NCBI GenBank assembly: GCA_017615655.1
Contig: JAFZZS010000007.1
Span: 59,463 to 123,462, forward strand
Reading direction: 5' to 3'
Length of the DNA: 64,000 bases
Source: Alphaproteobacteria bacterium
GTDB lineage: Bacteria; Pseudomonadota; Alphaproteobacteria; Rs-D84
The position numbers were made by a program, and so were the translations under genes. The notes beneath the pieces are model-generated. The model made no database searches, was not told the origin of the DNA, and was given only the letters and a program-made list of their open reading frames with translations. Below are positions 38,381 to 48,567 of the stretch, piece after piece (within the stretch, counting starts at the first letter, position 1; each line of letters begins with the position of its first letter).

Positions 38381-39334
38381 ATGAGAAGTAGGATATTTTG
38401 TTTTCTTGTTTGTATGGGTGTGTTGAATACTGGTGTTGCCATGGCAAATTGGCAGTATTCTGGTGAGTACACATACAGTATGTCCGCATACGACAATGGA
38501 CAACGTGCTTCAGTTGCGTTACGTGGGGGCATGTCTTACGCAATGGCCAAGGTTAATAACGATGTGGGCTCCATTGTGTATTCTTATTGCATAAATTCAA
38601 CAACTGGCGAGGTTTTTCCCATAGATGCTGCCGGTGATTGTTCGTCGTATGTCGGGGCAACATATGCAGGAACTGGCAATTTTGGTGATTTAGGTGCGTC
38701 GGATTTGTCTGGAATCGCGTTTTCAGGCGGTGCAAGCGTTGGGTGGATTTTGCCTGATACACCGCAATGGCGCCTTGAACTTGGGTGGGATCACTATTCC
38801 GAAGTCGATTATAATAAATCCCCATTGTTTTCTGGAAATATGGAACTGTCGGGCGGTGATACAATATCAGTAGAAAGCGGCAGTGTTCAATCGACAATAT
38901 CATCCGATATAATCAGTGTGATGGCGTATTATGATTTCTTTGATGGTTTGTATAAACCACTTAAGCAGATGATACCTTACATTGGTTTGGGTGTCGGCTA
39001 TGCAGACAGTGAAACTGTTATGAATGTTTCTGATCCATGGGGTGATTTATCACAGGTCGAAGATTTAACTAATTTTGGCACTGTGAACGATAATGGGGTG
39101 TTACAGTTTTATCGTTCAAAAACAAATACCACGAATGTCGCTGCGATTGGTGCACTTGGTTTCTCATATGGATTAAATGAAAATTTATTTCTAGATTTTG
39201 GTGCCCGTGTGGCATATATTCCGCGTGTGAAATATCGTTTAGTAAATGTTGACGATTCTCGACGTATGGATTGGTTCAGTGCTAAAAATTTAATCTACGC
39301 TAATGTTATGTTGGGCATTAGATTTGAATTTTAG
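38381..39334 (+). CDS. outer-membrane beta-barrel protein (paralogue of the 7334/8307 family)
   Basis: Signal peptide; YIGLGVGYA Gly strand; C-terminal MLGIRFEF. Confidence 0.6.
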   Translation: MRSRIFCFLVCMGVLNTGVAMANWQYSGEYTYSMSAYDNGQRASVALRGGMSYAMAKVNNDVGSIVYSYCINSTTGEVFPIDAAGDCSSYVGATYAGTGNFGDLGASDLSGIAFSGGASVGWILPDTPQWRLELGWDHYSEVDYNKSPLFSGNMELSGGDTISVESGSVQSTISSDIISVMAYYDFFDGLYKPLKQMIPYIGLGVGYADSETVMNVSDPWGDLSQVEDLTNFGTVNDNGVLQFYRSKTNTTNVAAIGALGFSYGLNENLFLDFGARVAYIPRVKYRLVNVDDSRRMDWFSAKNLIYANVMLGIRFEF

Positions 39335-40863
39335 TTTGTTTGCTTAATTCCATATTTACCACGGTTAATTGGGCGATACGATATTGCTTCGGCCAAGTCT
39401 TGCATTTCTACATCTGGGGCACCACGTAAATCGGCAATCGTTCGCGCAATGCGCTTTATACGATTGTATCCACGCGCGGACATTCCCATCTTTTCTGCGG
39501 CGGTATTTAGAAAGTTTGTTAATTCAACGTTTAATGGGACATACTTTTCTAAATCCGCACCATCCAGTCGTGCATTAATATATCCTTGGCGCGTAATTTG
39601 GCGTTGGCGTGCAGTGACGACACGTGCGCGAACAGTCGCACTGGATTCAATATGTTCATTCGTATTTTTGTTCATTTCCCACGGGTTTACCGCATCAACA
39701 TCAACATGCAAATCAATACGATCAAGCAGTGGTCCCGAAATTTTATTCTGATATGCTTCGGCACAGCGGGGTGCACGCGAACATGATAATGCCGCGTTTC
39801 CGAGATTACCGCATGGACATGGGTTCATTGCTGCAATCAATTGAAACCGTGCAGGGTAGGTTGCATTCCGCTTTGCACGTGAAATCATTATTTTTCCGGA
39901 TTCCATTGGCTGACGCAGAATCTCAAGGGTGGCGCGGTTAAATTCTGGTAATTCATCCAGAAATAAAACACCATTGTGTGCCAAAGATATTTCGCCTGGT
40001 TTGGCATCCGAACCACCACCTGCAAGTGCCACAGGGCTTGATGTGTGGTGTACACTGCGGAATGGGCGGTGTGACATCAATGTCTTGCTGTCCAATCCGC
40101 CAGCAATTGAATATATAATAGATGTTTCTAATATTTCTTCGGATGTCATTTCTGGCAGAATTGTTGCCAAACGTGATGCAAGCATAGTCTTTCCCGATCC
40201 CGGGGGACCAATCATAAGCATTGCATGTCCACCAGCAGCGGCAATTTCTAATGCACGTTTTGCAGCAGCCTGACCATGAACTTCGGACAAATCGATATTA
40301 TCATTTTTTATTGTATTTGATTGTATCGGCATATCTGGCACAGGCAGTGGATTTTTACCGTTAAAATGGTTTATCAAATCTAATACATGATGTGGTGCCA
40401 AGATATTTGTATGTCCGGCAAATCTGGCTTCTGTTCCCTGGGTGCCGGGGCATATAATACCATACCCATTTTTATTTGCCCAAACACTTGCCGCCAACAC
40501 ACAATTTGTTTTGACAATCGCGCCATTCAATCCGACTTCGCCGATAATGATATATTTTGATAGTTTATCTTCGGGTAACACATTAAATGCGCAAAGAATT
40601 CCGCATAGTATCGGTAAATCGAAATGCGCGCCACTTTTTTCAACATCCGCCGGTGAAAGGTTTACGGTCAAATGCTTTGGTGGTAATTGCAATCCCAGGG
40701 ATGATAAAACATTACGAATACGTTCTGCAGATTCTTTGACCGCCCTGTCGGCAAGTCCAATTATATTAAATTCAGGTTTTGCCAAACCCGCAGAAATTTG
40801 AACCTGGACATCAATCTTTGTGGCATCCATACCATTAAAAATAACAGAACTTAACGAAATCAT
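39331..40863 (-). CDS. comM: Mg-chelatase-like AAA+ protein ComM/YifB
   Basis: N-terminal Lon-like domain; Walker A GPPGSGKTMLASRL; ChlI-type arginine finger region; 510 aa. Confidence 0.9.
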   Translation of the reverse strand: MISLSSVIFNGMDATKIDVQVQISAGLAKPEFNIIGLADRAVKESAERIRNVLSSLGLQLPPKHLTVNLSPADVEKSGAHFDLPILCGILCAFNVLPEDKLSKYIIIGEVGLNGAIVKTNCVLAASVWANKNGYGIICPGTQGTEARFAGHTNILAPHHVLDLINHFNGKNPLPVPDMPIQSNTIKNDNIDLSEVHGQAAAKRALEIAAAGGHAMLMIGPPGSGKTMLASRLATILPEMTSEEILETSIIYSIAGGLDSKTLMSHRPFRSVHHTSSPVALAGGGSDAKPGEISLAHNGVLFLDELPEFNRATLEILRQPMESGKIMISRAKRNATYPARFQLIAAMNPCPCGNLGNAALSCSRAPRCAEAYQNKISGPLLDRIDLHVDVDAVNPWEMNKNTNEHIESSATVRARVVTARQRQITRQGYINARLDGADLEKYVPLNVELTNFLNTAAEKMGMSARGYNRIKRIARTIADLRGAPDVEMQDLAEAISYRPINRGKYGIKQTN

Positions 40864-40890
40864 GATTTTTACATTATAAACTTGCCATAA

Positions 40891-41823
40891 TTGAATTCAA
40901 GTTATAAAATGCGAAACATAAATTATTACCCAAAAGGAACAAAAATGCCTATGAAATCCAAAAATCGCATGCGTGAATGGTTTGATACATTGTTTTATGG
41001 TATATTAATAGCAATTGTTTTTCGCAGTTTATTTCTTGAACCATTTAATATACCATCGGGGTCAATGATACCGACGTTACACATCGGGGATCACATATTC
41101 GTAACAAAGTGGTCATACGGATATTCGCGGTATTCGTTTCCATTTGGTTCATGGAAATTGTGGAATGGCCGCATTTTCAAAAGCACCCCGAAAGTTGGTG
41201 ATGTCATAGTATTTAGAAATCCTGTTGATGAATCATTGGACTATGTTAAACGTCTTGTTGGATTACCAGGCGACGTTATCCAGGTCAAAGAAGGGCGCCT
41301 TTATATAAATGGTCAAATGCTAGAGCGAAAAGATCCACGTCCGTATGTTGTGGCTGTTTTACCACGCTCGTTACGTTCAGTTGGTTACTATCAAGATAAT
41401 ATGGCAGTCAAAGGGAACAAAATATGGGTTGATAATGAACCCGCAACATTTAATTACACTATTGAATACAAAAGTGACAGACTGTGTCGCACAAACGAAG
41501 GTATGTGTGGTGTGTTTTCTGGTACAGAATATACCGAGATTCTGCCAAATGGTGTTGAACACAGTATTATAGAATTTACAGATGATGGATATTTTGATAA
41601 TACCGAAGAATACTTGGTCCCAGAAAATCATCTGTTTTTCATGGGTGATAACCGCGATAACAGTAATGATAGCCGCGCTGATGTGGGTTTTGTTCCAATG
41701 GATAATGTGCTTGGACGTGTGTGGTTTGTGTGGTATTCTCATAATTATGCGGCACCAATGTTAACATTCTGGAATTGGAATGCGAAAATGCGTTGGAACA
41801 GATTTGGCAAAGGAATACATTAA
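40891..41823 (+). CDS. lepB: signal peptidase I
   Basis: PSGSMIPTL (Ser box); VKRLVGLPGD (Lys box); GDNRDNSNDSR box E; likely true start at an internal Met (~40945). Confidence 0.9.
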   Translation: MNSSYKMRNINYYPKGTKMPMKSKNRMREWFDTLFYGILIAIVFRSLFLEPFNIPSGSMIPTLHIGDHIFVTKWSYGYSRYSFPFGSWKLWNGRIFKSTPKVGDVIVFRNPVDESLDYVKRLVGLPGDVIQVKEGRLYINGQMLERKDPRPYVVAVLPRSLRSVGYYQDNMAVKGNKIWVDNEPATFNYTIEYKSDRLCRTNEGMCGVFSGTEYTEILPNGVEHSIIEFTDDGYFDNTEEYLVPENHLFFMGDNRDNSNDSRADVGFVPMDNVLGRVWFVWYSHNYAAPMLTFWNWNAKMRWNRFGKGIH

Positions 41824-41824
41824 G

Positions 41825-42454
41825 ATGAAGTTAAAATACACATTTAAAAATGAGGGGTTGTTCGCGCTTGCCATGACGCAGAGCGGTGTTGATGGTGTTC
41901 ATAATAATGAAAAATTAGAATTCCTTGGCGACAGGGTTTTGGGACTAAGTGTATCTGCGTTACTTTACGATATGTTTCCAAATGAAACCGAAGGCGAACT
42001 TGCCCGACGTTATGCTGTGCTAGTTTCTACGGATACATTAGCAAATGTGGCAATCAAACTTGAATTAAATAAATCATTACATCATGGGCATGTTACTGGT
42101 GGACGCAAGCGTCACTTGCTTGCCAATGCTATGGAGGCGGTGTTAGGCGCCATGTTCCTTGATTCTGGGTTTGATGTTGCACGTCGTTTTATATGTGATA
42201 TTTGGCATGATTTGGCCGCCGCTGAGGCCGAGGCACCAAAGGATTCAAAAACAAAATTACAGGAATTTGTTCAAAAACATGCAAATGGTTTATTGCCTTT
42301 GTATGAATATATGGAACCAACAGGGGCGGCACATTGCCCAGTGTTCACAGCAACAGTTGCCGCAATGGGACAAAGCGCCACTGGCCAAGGTTCATCTAAA
42401 AAAGATGCAAGTACCGCAGCGGCGGCGGCTTTATTGAAAAAACTTGCAATTTAA
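41825..42454 (+). CDS. rnc: ribonuclease III
   Basis: EKLEFLGDRVLG RNase III signature; C-terminal dsRBD; start MKLKYTF immediately after the lepB stop. Confidence 0.92.
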   Translation: MKLKYTFKNEGLFALAMTQSGVDGVHNNEKLEFLGDRVLGLSVSALLYDMFPNETEGELARRYAVLVSTDTLANVAIKLELNKSLHHGHVTGGRKRHLLANAMEAVLGAMFLDSGFDVARRFICDIWHDLAAAEAEAPKDSKTKLQEFVQKHANGLLPLYEYMEPTGAAHCPVFTATVAAMGQSATGQGSSKKDASTAAAAALLKKLAI

Positions 42455-42501
42455 TATTTTGATAATTAAAATTGGGTTAAATAAAAATCAAAGGAATAAA
42501 A

Positions 42502-42909
42502 ATGTTTTCAATTTTACTGGTACTGTTAATAATTGTCGCTGTGTTTATGACGGGGGTCATTTTATTACAAAAGTCCGAAGGTAGTGGTATGTCCGGATCT
42601 TCGGCAGCATCCATGTTTGGTGGTGCGTTAACTGGGGCAGCAGCGGGTAATTTCCTAACCAAGTTGACTACATGGCTGGCGGTCATATTCTTTGTATTAT
42701 GTGCTGCATTGGCATTAGTTTCATCGAAATCAAATATAGCTAATCCACAAAATGATATTCGTGCAGAATTAGTTGCTGGTGAATCAGGCAATGAACTGAC
42801 TGCCGAGGATATTGCCAAAGATGCGGGACTGATTCCTGCGGACACGGCGTCCGAGAGGGAAACGAATGAAGAGCCAACATCGTCAGATACCAAATCAACC
42901 AAGAAATAA
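42502..42909 (+). CDS. secG: preprotein translocase subunit SecG
   Basis: MFSILLVLLIIVAVFMTGVILLQKSEG...MFGG signature; two TM segments. Confidence 0.85.
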   Translation: MFSILLVLLIIVAVFMTGVILLQKSEGSGMSGSSAASMFGGALTGAAAGNFLTKLTTWLAVIFFVLCAALALVSSKSNIANPQNDIRAELVAGESGNELTAEDIAKDAGLIPADTASERETNEEPTSSDTKSTKK

Positions 42910-42937
42910 AAAAAACGCCCAGATGGGCGTTTTTTTA
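42908..42937. terminator. bidirectional rho-independent terminator
   Basis: aaaaacgccc-agat-gggcgttttttt between convergent secG and the 42935..43402 ORF. Confidence 0.8.
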
Positions 42938-43402
42938 TCTTTCATCATAATGTGATAACCCCGCTAAGTACAGATAATTCTTTAAATCTGGTTGTTTGTC
43001 TGCAAAACTGGGGTGTCTGAAATTGTTACGTGCAATATCCAAGAATTGTTCATCAGGCTGTTTATGATACACTGGGTCGTTGGCTTCGGTAATTAATCCC
43101 GAAAAAACCTTTGTACCATGTTCCAGACGGCATACCTTTTCAGCGTTTTCTGTGGTTTTTGCTTCTGTTTTCGCCTTTTCTAATTCTGTTTGATAAATAG
43201 CTGCCTCGGTCTTTAAAGATGCCAGCATAGATTGTACAGGATTATCTTTCAGGGCTCTTATCATCCAAACATCAATAAGAATTGAACCTTTATCATGGCG
43301 ACCTGTCTGTGTTGTTATGAACCATGAATTAATTCCCGATGGCAGATTGTATGCTGGTACCAAAAAAGATGCTTTGATATCATAAAATTGTTTTTTTAAC
43401 AT
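42935..43402 (-). CDS. hypothetical protein
   Basis: 155 aa ORF; no motif recognised. Confidence 0.35.
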   Translation of the reverse strand: MLKKQFYDIKASFLVPAYNLPSGINSWFITTQTGRHDKGSILIDVWMIRALKDNPVQSMLASLKTEAAIYQTELEKAKTEAKTTENAEKVCRLEHGTKVFSGLITEANDPVYHKQPDEQFLDIARNNFRHPSFADKQPDLKNYLYLAGLSHYDER

Positions 43403-43508
43403 AGTACGCCTCCTTTTGCTATCTAATGTTACATATTATATAGCACAAACTACATAATTTGTCAATGTTTTTGTGTAAGTATTTTTCGCATACGATAAAA
43501 GAAACAAA

Positions 43509-43537
43509 AAAGACACCGCGTTGGCGGTGTCTTTTTC
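43509..43537. terminator. bidirectional rho-independent terminator
   Basis: aaaagacaccgc-gttg-gcggtgtcttttt. Confidence 0.8.
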
Positions 43538-43542
43538 AATCA

Positions 43543-43619
43543 TGGCGCACCCAGAAGGATTCGAACCCTCAGTCTTCTGATCCGTAGTCAGACGCTTTAT
43601 CCAGTTGAGCTATGGGTGC
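43543..43619 (-). tRNA. tRNA-Arg (anticodon ACG)
   Basis: Reverse complement folds as a cloverleaf: acceptor GCACCCA/TGGGTGC; anticodon stem TCTGA/TCAGA with loop CTACGGA; T-loop TTCGAAT; G73; CCA encoded. Confidence 0.92.
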
Positions 43620-43702
43620 AACGGACACTATTCTATAACAAATATTTTCAATTGCAAGAAAAAAACATTTTGTAATATAATCTAAAAAAATGGTACTATG
43701 CG

Positions 43703-44296
43703 ATGTTTTTTCTTGCCTGGACGATAATAGTTTTACTAGCACTATTCGAAATTTTTATGTTATTTTCATTAGTTGAACACGTATATTCTTTACGAATTCG
43801 ACACCAATACCCCCAGGTATCGTGTCGTGTTGCACATGGGCGCGCCATTGTAGATGATATTATAAAACATTACCCAAATGCACGCAGCGCGGTAGATATC
43901 GGCGCAGGTTATGGGCGGCTTGCCCGGGCAATGGCACGAATAGATGGTCTGGATATAATAGCAATAGAAAATATGCGTTTTAGCATTGTTGTAATGCGTA
44001 TATTAAATTACCTTTTCGGTGCGCGCAGAATTCACGTGGTATTCGCAGATGCATTTGAATATATCAGGTGTTCCAATACAAAATTTGACATTGGGGTCGC
44101 ATATCTTGGTCCCGGAATGAACGGACGCCTTAGGGAATTAAGTAATAAATTTAACGTCATAATTACACTGGATGTAGAAATTCCAGGGATTAAGGCGACG
44201 CGCATCATAGATGTACCCGGTGGCAGATGTACCCACTATAGTGATATTGGAAATTTTCCAAATCGGTTATTCGTTTATGAATTTTCTAAGATTTAA
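43703..44296 (+). CDS. putative class I SAM-dependent methyltransferase with N-terminal TM segment
   Basis: Motif I AVDIGAGYGRLARAMA; 197 aa; assignment tentative. Confidence 0.45.
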   Translation: MFFLAWTIIVLLALFEIFMLFSLVEHVYSLRIRHQYPQVSCRVAHGRAIVDDIIKHYPNARSAVDIGAGYGRLARAMARIDGLDIIAIENMRFSIVVMRILNYLFGARRIHVVFADAFEYIRCSNTKFDIGVAYLGPGMNGRLRELSNKFNVIITLDVEIPGIKATRIIDVPGGRCTHYSDIGNFPNRLFVYEFSKI

Positions 44297-44868
44297 TAAT
44301 TACGATGGTGATATAAGTTAAAGAAATGCCGCTGACATACAGATTTGTAATTTGAATCACCCAATGCAAATTGTTCACCTTCACGAATAACATTACCCTT
44401 TGTATCAAAACGCAAATGATGTGTTGCACGGTGCATACAATTCGGCATTTGGCACATAGATTCCATGATTGTTAATCTAGCACCAACTTCCTGCAGGTGC
44501 CTTGATGCAGGAAACATGTGTCCATTGCTATCCACCAACAGCCCATAGCATATTATACGAACATCATGCGTGTTGACGATATCAACTAATTTATCAATAT
44601 CTTCGGGGGTAAAAAATTGAATTTCATCAATTAAAACAACCTTGGTGGAATCTTGAATATTATAATTTTGAAGATTGGGCAATGCCACTGCATCCATAGA
44701 TAAATCGCCGGCCCTAGATTTAATTACACCCGAACCAAAGCGGTTATCATATGATGGCTTTAATACCTCAATCGGTGTCCCGTTCTTGCGAAAATTATGC
44801 GCACTTATGATTAAGTCTGCGGATTTAGCGCTGCCCATTACACCATACTTAAAATGTAAATTTGCCAT
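44293..44868 (-). CDS. tdk: thymidine kinase
   Basis: P-loop GVMGSAKSADLI; VVLIDEIQF; C-terminal zinc ribbon CQMPNC...CQRH. Confidence 0.85.
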   Translation of the reverse strand: MANLHFKYGVMGSAKSADLIISAHNFRKNGTPIEVLKPSYDNRFGSGVIKSRAGDLSMDAVALPNLQNYNIQDSTKVVLIDEIQFFTPEDIDKLVDIVNTHDVRIICYGLLVDSNGHMFPASRHLQEVGARLTIMESMCQMPNCMHRATHHLRFDTKGNVIREGEQFALGDSNYKSVCQRHFFNLYHHRNY

Positions 44869-44888
44869 TTCTTTTTCCCCTTTGCTAT

Positions 44889-45815
44889 TTACATAGATTC
44901 TAACCGTTTAATTCGTTCCTTGATGGGTGGGTGCGTTGCCATTAATTCACCCAGAAATTCTTTTTTACCCATCGGGTTAGCAATACATACTGATGCCATT
45001 GTATTTTGGTGACCCAGTGTTTCAACGTGCGAATTCTCTGAAATCTTGCGCAAAGCATTCGCCAATGCTTTTGGATTACGGGTAATCTGGGCACCACATG
45101 CATCCGCGGCATATTCACGACGACGCGAAATCGCCATGCGTAAAATAGGTGTAATGATAAAGTTAAAAACTGTAAATGCCAGCCACACCATAAACAATAC
45201 TGCGGCACCATTATTCTTTTCATCATTACTTGGGCGTGAATATGTTATGCCACGTAGTAAAGCATCCGCAATAAATACAGTAACACCGATTCCAGTTATT
45301 AGTAGCATATCAAGCCGAATATCACGATTACCGATGTGTGACATCTCGTGTGCAATGACACCTTCTAATTCCAATCGATCTAATTTTCCAATTATACCTC
45401 GCGTTAGTGCGATGGTTGCATCACGTGGACCGCGTCCTGTTGCAAACGCATTTAATCCGGAATCGCTGATAATATAAACACGTGGAGTTGGCAACCCCGC
45501 AGCCAATGCAACATTTTCGACAGATTTATATATGTATTTATAATCGCCATCTTTGTCGTCAATTTGTTTGGCGCCCGCCATGTTCAGCATCATAGAATCA
45601 CCAAATGCCCACGATATAATCATCCATACAATGCATGCCACGGTGGTGGGTATTGCAACAGCCATCGCAGTGTGTATTGCATTTTCCATTGGTTGAACAA
45701 TCCATGTAAACAAAAATACCAATAGGATAAATATCAAAGGGAAAAGAATCACCAAGATTACCGTCTTGATATTATTATCACGAATATGATCATAAACAGT
45801 CTTGATTCTTTTCAT
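44889..45815 (-). CDS. htpX: membrane zinc protease HtpX
   Basis: HEMSHIGNRD HExxH; four TM segments; 308 aa. Confidence 0.9.
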   Translation of the reverse strand: MKRIKTVYDHIRDNNIKTVILVILFPLIFILLVFLFTWIVQPMENAIHTAMAVAIPTTVACIVWMIISWAFGDSMMLNMAGAKQIDDKDGDYKYIYKSVENVALAAGLPTPRVYIISDSGLNAFATGRGPRDATIALTRGIIGKLDRLELEGVIAHEMSHIGNRDIRLDMLLITGIGVTVFIADALLRGITYSRPSNDEKNNGAAVLFMVWLAFTVFNFIITPILRMAISRRREYAADACGAQITRNPKALANALRKISENSHVETLGHQNTMASVCIANPMGKKEFLGELMATHPPIKERIKRLESM

Positions 45816-45879
45816 AAGCTAGATAGTATTAAAAATTTTATTGCGGTTCAATAGATTTATTTATCATTTTAGGTTTATA

Positions 45880-46260
45880 CTAATCGCCAACTTTGCGAAA
45901 TTTAACGGCGAAACTGCCGTTATTTATTGGTCTGCATGATACGATATACGGTGATAATATGCTTTCGCTTATCCATTCTTGAAATTTTATTTTTAATATA
46001 CCACTGGCACCTGTGATAATAGTCGCGGTTTTAGTCCCAGATTTTGCGATTTCCATGATTTCGGTCCACGCCTGTTCAATGGTGTGCATGTGCAAATCCA
46101 GGGTAATATGCAGGGGTAAATTCACAGATTTCGGGATTCTTTGTGAAAGTTTTAATTCTGCACGCACGCGTTTGCGCGTGGTACTGTCATCAAGCACAAA
46201 AGTTGCCCCAATCATCTCAGCAATATCTTGATCTGTAAGGTTACGCATTTTATTTATCAA
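45880..46260 (-). CDS. Smr domain protein
   Basis: LDLHMHTIEQAW...IITGAS matches the Smr LDLHG/TGKG pattern; 126 aa. Confidence 0.65.
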   Translation of the reverse strand: MINKMRNLTDQDIAEMIGATFVLDDSTTRKRVRAELKLSQRIPKSVNLPLHITLDLHMHTIEQAWTEIMEIAKSGTKTATIITGASGILKIKFQEWISESILSPYIVSCRPINNGSFAVKFRKVGD

Positions 46261-46975
46261 GTTTTTTTGCCCAATCGCTATCTGGGAAATTTAATTTCAA
46301 CATTTCTGCATACCCATTCGCTTGTTCCGGAAATCCGATAGCTGTATATGCCTCGGTCAGACGATACATTGCCTCGGCAGGCATTACTGTTTCAGGGGCA
46401 TCAGTTATAACAGATTGAAATTTGGTAATCGCGCTGGCCCAATTTTCTTTTTGCATATCAACACGTGCAGAATACATAATCTTGACAGCGATATAGTTCT
46501 TTAAGATATTGATTTTATTTTTTGCATTTTTTGTATATGGTGATGAAGGAAAACGATTTACCAACTGTTGAAACTGTTGCAACGCATAAACCGACATCCC
46601 TGGTTCACGTCGAACATCACTAACCTGGCGATAATAACACATCCCGCGCAGGTAAAGCATATATGGCACATCCTTGTGTCCGGGATGAAAACGCATAAAT
46701 CTGTCGACAGTCAAAATTGCCCCCGCAAAATCATTGTCTAGGTATTGTGAATACGCGGCCATTATTAATGCATCTGCGGCCCATTCGCTTGCAGGATATT
46801 GTGTTTCAACTAACAAAAATTTTTCCGCGGCTTCGTCATAGTTTTCTTTTTCGAATTGAGTATATGCGGCATCGTACAAATCTGGGATAGGTTCTTGGGC
46901 AATAATTTTTTGCGCGTCGCCACCACAGTTCGCTAATAAAATGCATGTAAAAAATGCAAGAAATATTTTTTTCAT
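46250..46975 (-). CDS. bamD: outer membrane protein assembly factor BamD (TPR lipoprotein)
   Basis: Lipobox LLANCGG; TPR repeats; position upstream of Smr typical of yfiO. Confidence 0.75.
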   Translation of the reverse strand: MKKIFLAFFTCILLANCGGDAQKIIAQEPIPDLYDAAYTQFEKENYDEAAEKFLLVETQYPASEWAADALIMAAYSQYLDNDFAGAILTVDRFMRFHPGHKDVPYMLYLRGMCYYRQVSDVRREPGMSVYALQQFQQLVNRFPSSPYTKNAKNKINILKNYIAVKIMYSARVDMQKENWASAITKFQSVITDAPETVMPAEAMYRLTEAYTAIGFPEQANGYAEMLKLNFPDSDWAKKLDK

Positions 46976-47029
46976 ATCTATTTATTCCTGTCTTGATTTT
47001 GGTTATTTGACTTTAGTATAATCTAAACC

Positions 47030-48499
47030 ATGAAACTTGGCAAACATATTTTCGGCGTTGGTCTTATGACCGGAATAAGTCGCATATTTGGGTTCATTCG
47101 CGATATGTTGATTGCGCGCGTATTGGGCGCAGGGCGGCTGTCTGATATTTTTCTGGCGGCATTTAAATTGCCGAATTTATTTCGGGATTTACTGGGCGAA
47201 GGGGCTTTGTCCGCAATTTTTATTCCTATGTACGCTGATTCAAAACATGATGAATCATTCGCTAAGAACGTGTTTTCATGGCTGATGGTTGTATTACTTG
47301 GTATAACAGTAATTTTTGAAATATTTATGCCTGTAATTGTATGGATTTTGGCACCAGGCTTTGCAGATGACCCAGGTAAAATGGAATTAACGGTTGTTAT
47401 ATCGCGTATTATGTTCTTTTATGTCATTTTTGTTTGCAGCGCGGCATTTTTATCGGCGGTTTTAAACGCTTTTTCACGATTTGTCTTGGCGGCGTTCATG
47501 CCTGTTATGTTAAATATTATGTTGATAATTGCGCTGTTGGCATCAGCATATCTTGGGGCATCAGATTCTGTGTTATACATAATGGCGGGAACAGTTGTCT
47601 TGTCCGGGATAATTCAGTGTTTGGTGCTGTTATCGCGAATTCGCAGCCATCATTTTGGATTGCGCCTTGTGATTCCCCATTGGACCAAGGGTATAAAGAC
47701 CATGTTCCGCAGACTTGGCGTTAGCATCATAGGAAACGGTTTTTATCAAATTACGATAATTCTTGGAACCTTGGTGGCAAGTTACGAGAGTGGGGCGGTT
47801 TCATGGCTGTATTATTCTGATAGAATCGTTCAGTTACCCTTCGCAATGATTGGTTTGGCGGTTGGAACGGTTTTAATGTCATCAATATCGAATGCATTGG
47901 CTGAAAAAAATATGCGCAGCGTCTACGTTCAACAAAATTCATCTATGCGGCAATCCATGATGCTTATCATGCCATGTTTGGTTGGGTTATTTGTATTGGC
48001 CGAGCCAATAATAAGATTTTTATTTGAATATGGCGCATGGACGGCGCATTCGACACATGCTGTTTCAATAGCTATAATGATTCAGGTTTTTGTCCTGCCT
48101 GCGATGTTAATAAGTCAGATTTACAGCAAAACACTATACGCAAGCCAGGATGTTAAAACCCCCGTGAAAACCAGTATAATTTCACTTGCTGTGGCATCAG
48201 TTATATACTTGTCGCTGTTCTGGATAAACGGTATAGGATACTTGGCAATACCTATTGGGGTTGTGGTCAGTGGGTATGTCAAAAACTATCTGCTTGGACG
48301 TGCATGTCGTCGTCGGGGGCTTATTAAAATCGAAGGTCGTACCATTCGTGCAATGTTGGTATTTGCCTTGTTGTCAATAATTCTTGGTGTGGGACTGTGG
48401 TTTGTTCCAATTACAGGAATATTATCATTGGGTCTGGCAATTGCGGGCTTTGGTATCTTATACCTGCCAGCTGCATTTTTAATAAATCGCAAAATATAA
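47030..48499 (+). CDS. murJ: lipid II flippase MurJ
   Basis: N-terminal GISRIFGFIRDMLIARVLGAG and SDIFLAAFKLPNLFR; 14 TM; 489 aa. Confidence 0.88.
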   Translation: MKLGKHIFGVGLMTGISRIFGFIRDMLIARVLGAGRLSDIFLAAFKLPNLFRDLLGEGALSAIFIPMYADSKHDESFAKNVFSWLMVVLLGITVIFEIFMPVIVWILAPGFADDPGKMELTVVISRIMFFYVIFVCSAAFLSAVLNAFSRFVLAAFMPVMLNIMLIIALLASAYLGASDSVLYIMAGTVVLSGIIQCLVLLSRIRSHHFGLRLVIPHWTKGIKTMFRRLGVSIIGNGFYQITIILGTLVASYESGAVSWLYYSDRIVQLPFAMIGLAVGTVLMSSISNALAEKNMRSVYVQQNSSMRQSMMLIMPCLVGLFVLAEPIIRFLFEYGAWTAHSTHAVSIAIMIQVFVLPAMLISQIYSKTLYASQDVKTPVKTSIISLAVASVIYLSLFWINGIGYLAIPIGVVVSGYVKNYLLGRACRRRGLIKIEGRTIRAMLVFALLSIILGVGLWFVPITGILSLGLAIAGFGILYLPAAFLINRKI

Positions 48500-48567
48500 T
48501 TAAAAAAAGTTGAAAACACCCTTTTTATATGATACAATTACACCATGAGAATGTAAGGAGTCCCTAA

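Noticed and set aside
39369-40801. Several 66-119 aa plus-strand ORFs inside comM
   Set aside because: They are antisense to a 510-aa AAA+ gene with intact Walker motifs.
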